A stretch of 62,700 bases of DNA, the filler included, from Choristocarpus tenellus KU-1152 (taxonomy: Eukaryota; Protista; Phaeophyceae): NCBI GenBank assembly GCA_964200185.2. It is 14 parts of 14 records of this genome, joined end to end, with 100 filler letters (N's around TTAATTAATTAA, not from the genome) between each part and the next. Parts side by side here need not be neighbours in the genome. Positions count along the whole stretch, not along the records: positions 56,522 to 62,700 come from CAXNAD020008750.1; 13 more parts are not named here. The stretch is one strand, 5' to 3'. Made by a program: the position numbers and the translations under genes. Positions 61,780 through 62,700 of this stretch are shown in pieces. The number at the start of each line of letters is the position of its first letter. Within the stretch, counting starts at the first letter, position 1. The notes beneath the pieces are model-generated. The model was not told the origin of the DNA and ran no database searches. It saw only the letters and a list, made by a program, of their open reading frames with translations.

Positions 61780-62420
61780 CAGTACAGTATCAAAAACGTC
61801 ACCGTGGATCAAATGGAACAATGCTGCCATGCACCCCCATCGCATGCACTGAGTAAAACAACATATTCGCTAACAAAAAAAATGCCACTGCCAAAAAATC
61901 ACGGATGTACGCTTCTTTGATTGCCCTTGTCCCGATTGTGCTGAGTCAAGCCAGCTTTGCTTTCGGGAGATAGTACGAAACAACGTTGATGCTGCACTCT
62001 TCGACAGTTGTTTCTAACCTTGCAAACTCGTCAGCTGCTGGAGAGTAAGGCGATGGAGGAATCGAGAACACTAAAGAGGTTGCTCCTTTCCTCACAGCCC
62101 CTGATGCACTGCCCCCTCCCATAAACCCATCGTCATCCTCGTCACCCAAGCTTTTATTGTCTGACTGGTACAAGGATTCCTCGGGCAGCTGGTCTTTCAT
62201 GTCCTCTAGTATCGCATTGGCCACTTCATCATTGTCTTCCAAACCAATCCACGCTCTCACTGCGTCAATGGAAGCCTGAGACTGTGACCAATTCCAAACT
62301 TTTGAGCAACCGTAGTTCCCGTCATAGTCTTAAGGAGTGTCAAGGCTTCCACATTCTCTGCAAAGCTCAGGCTTTTACGATTGTTGGCACCGCAAGGCTT
62401 GTAGGACGTGTCTTTCTCCA
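61780..62420 (-). mobile_element. Internally deleted pogo/Tigger-like DNA transposon
   Basis: RKSLSFAENVEAL..VAQKFGIGHS (psq/CENP-B-type HTH) abuts a WIGLED..acidic..PPSPY..EFARLE..KAKLA tail with no DDE domain between; candidate TA|CAGT terminus near 61778-61790; other end not seen. Confidence 0.55.
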
Positions 62421-62700
62421 TAGATTTATTTGGCAGCACCTTTCCCTCCCCCATGTTCTTGTTATCTTGGCACTTCGACGCTGTGTTGTCACCGACTGGA
62501 GGACTCGAGACCTTGCATCTGGTGGGGCTCACGCACAATTTGCACACGCATTTCATTTCACTGGCATCAAAAGGATCCATGAGGCCACAAATGCCATGAA
62601 GATAGTCCCTAAAACGCGACACTTCTGGCTTGCGGACCAGGAGTATTATGTTGAACTATCCCACACTGGACCCGCGGCTTTTATGGTGCTTTAATGAAGG

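Noticed and set aside
1-62700. Fanzor/TnpB, Cas, Helitron Rep/Hel, tyrosine recombinase, rRNA or tRNA genes
   Set aside because: No diagnostic motifs or structures seen by eye; Infernal, tRNAscan-SE and HMM searches were not run

Overview
This is eukaryotic, intron-rich, repeat-rich DNA and it is not one locus. It is 14 unrelated contigs joined by 13 identical artificial 100-bp linkers (N44-TTAATTAATTAA-N44), so adjacency across a linker means nothing. Gene and TE content suggest a flagellate-celled stramenopile, probably a brown alga (inference, no search run). Spliced genes rebuilt by hand with GT-AG borders and matching phase: PACRG (3 exons), a saccharopine-dehydrogenase-like oxidoreductase (5), a CDPK (4), a CEP135/BLD10-like protein (3), a GH128 beta-1,3-glucanase-like gene, a PHD-finger exon, and one complete 5-exon, 400-aa TKL-type kinase. 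TE remnants: three DD39D-type mariner transposases, an IS630/Tc1 fragment, a deleted pogo/Tigger, two copies of a chromodomain Ty3/Gypsy 3' end, a Gypsy gag, a Copia gag-protease, and a CRE-like RLE non-LTR element with short 3'-tail copies. The most striking signal is a pair of homologous, very abundant MITE families: A (~180 bp, 17 copies or fragments) and B (~260 bp, 9). They share a CAAAGTATCT terminal core, have G..C ends, make mixed 3-bp and 4-bp target duplications, and interrupt all three mariner remnants.
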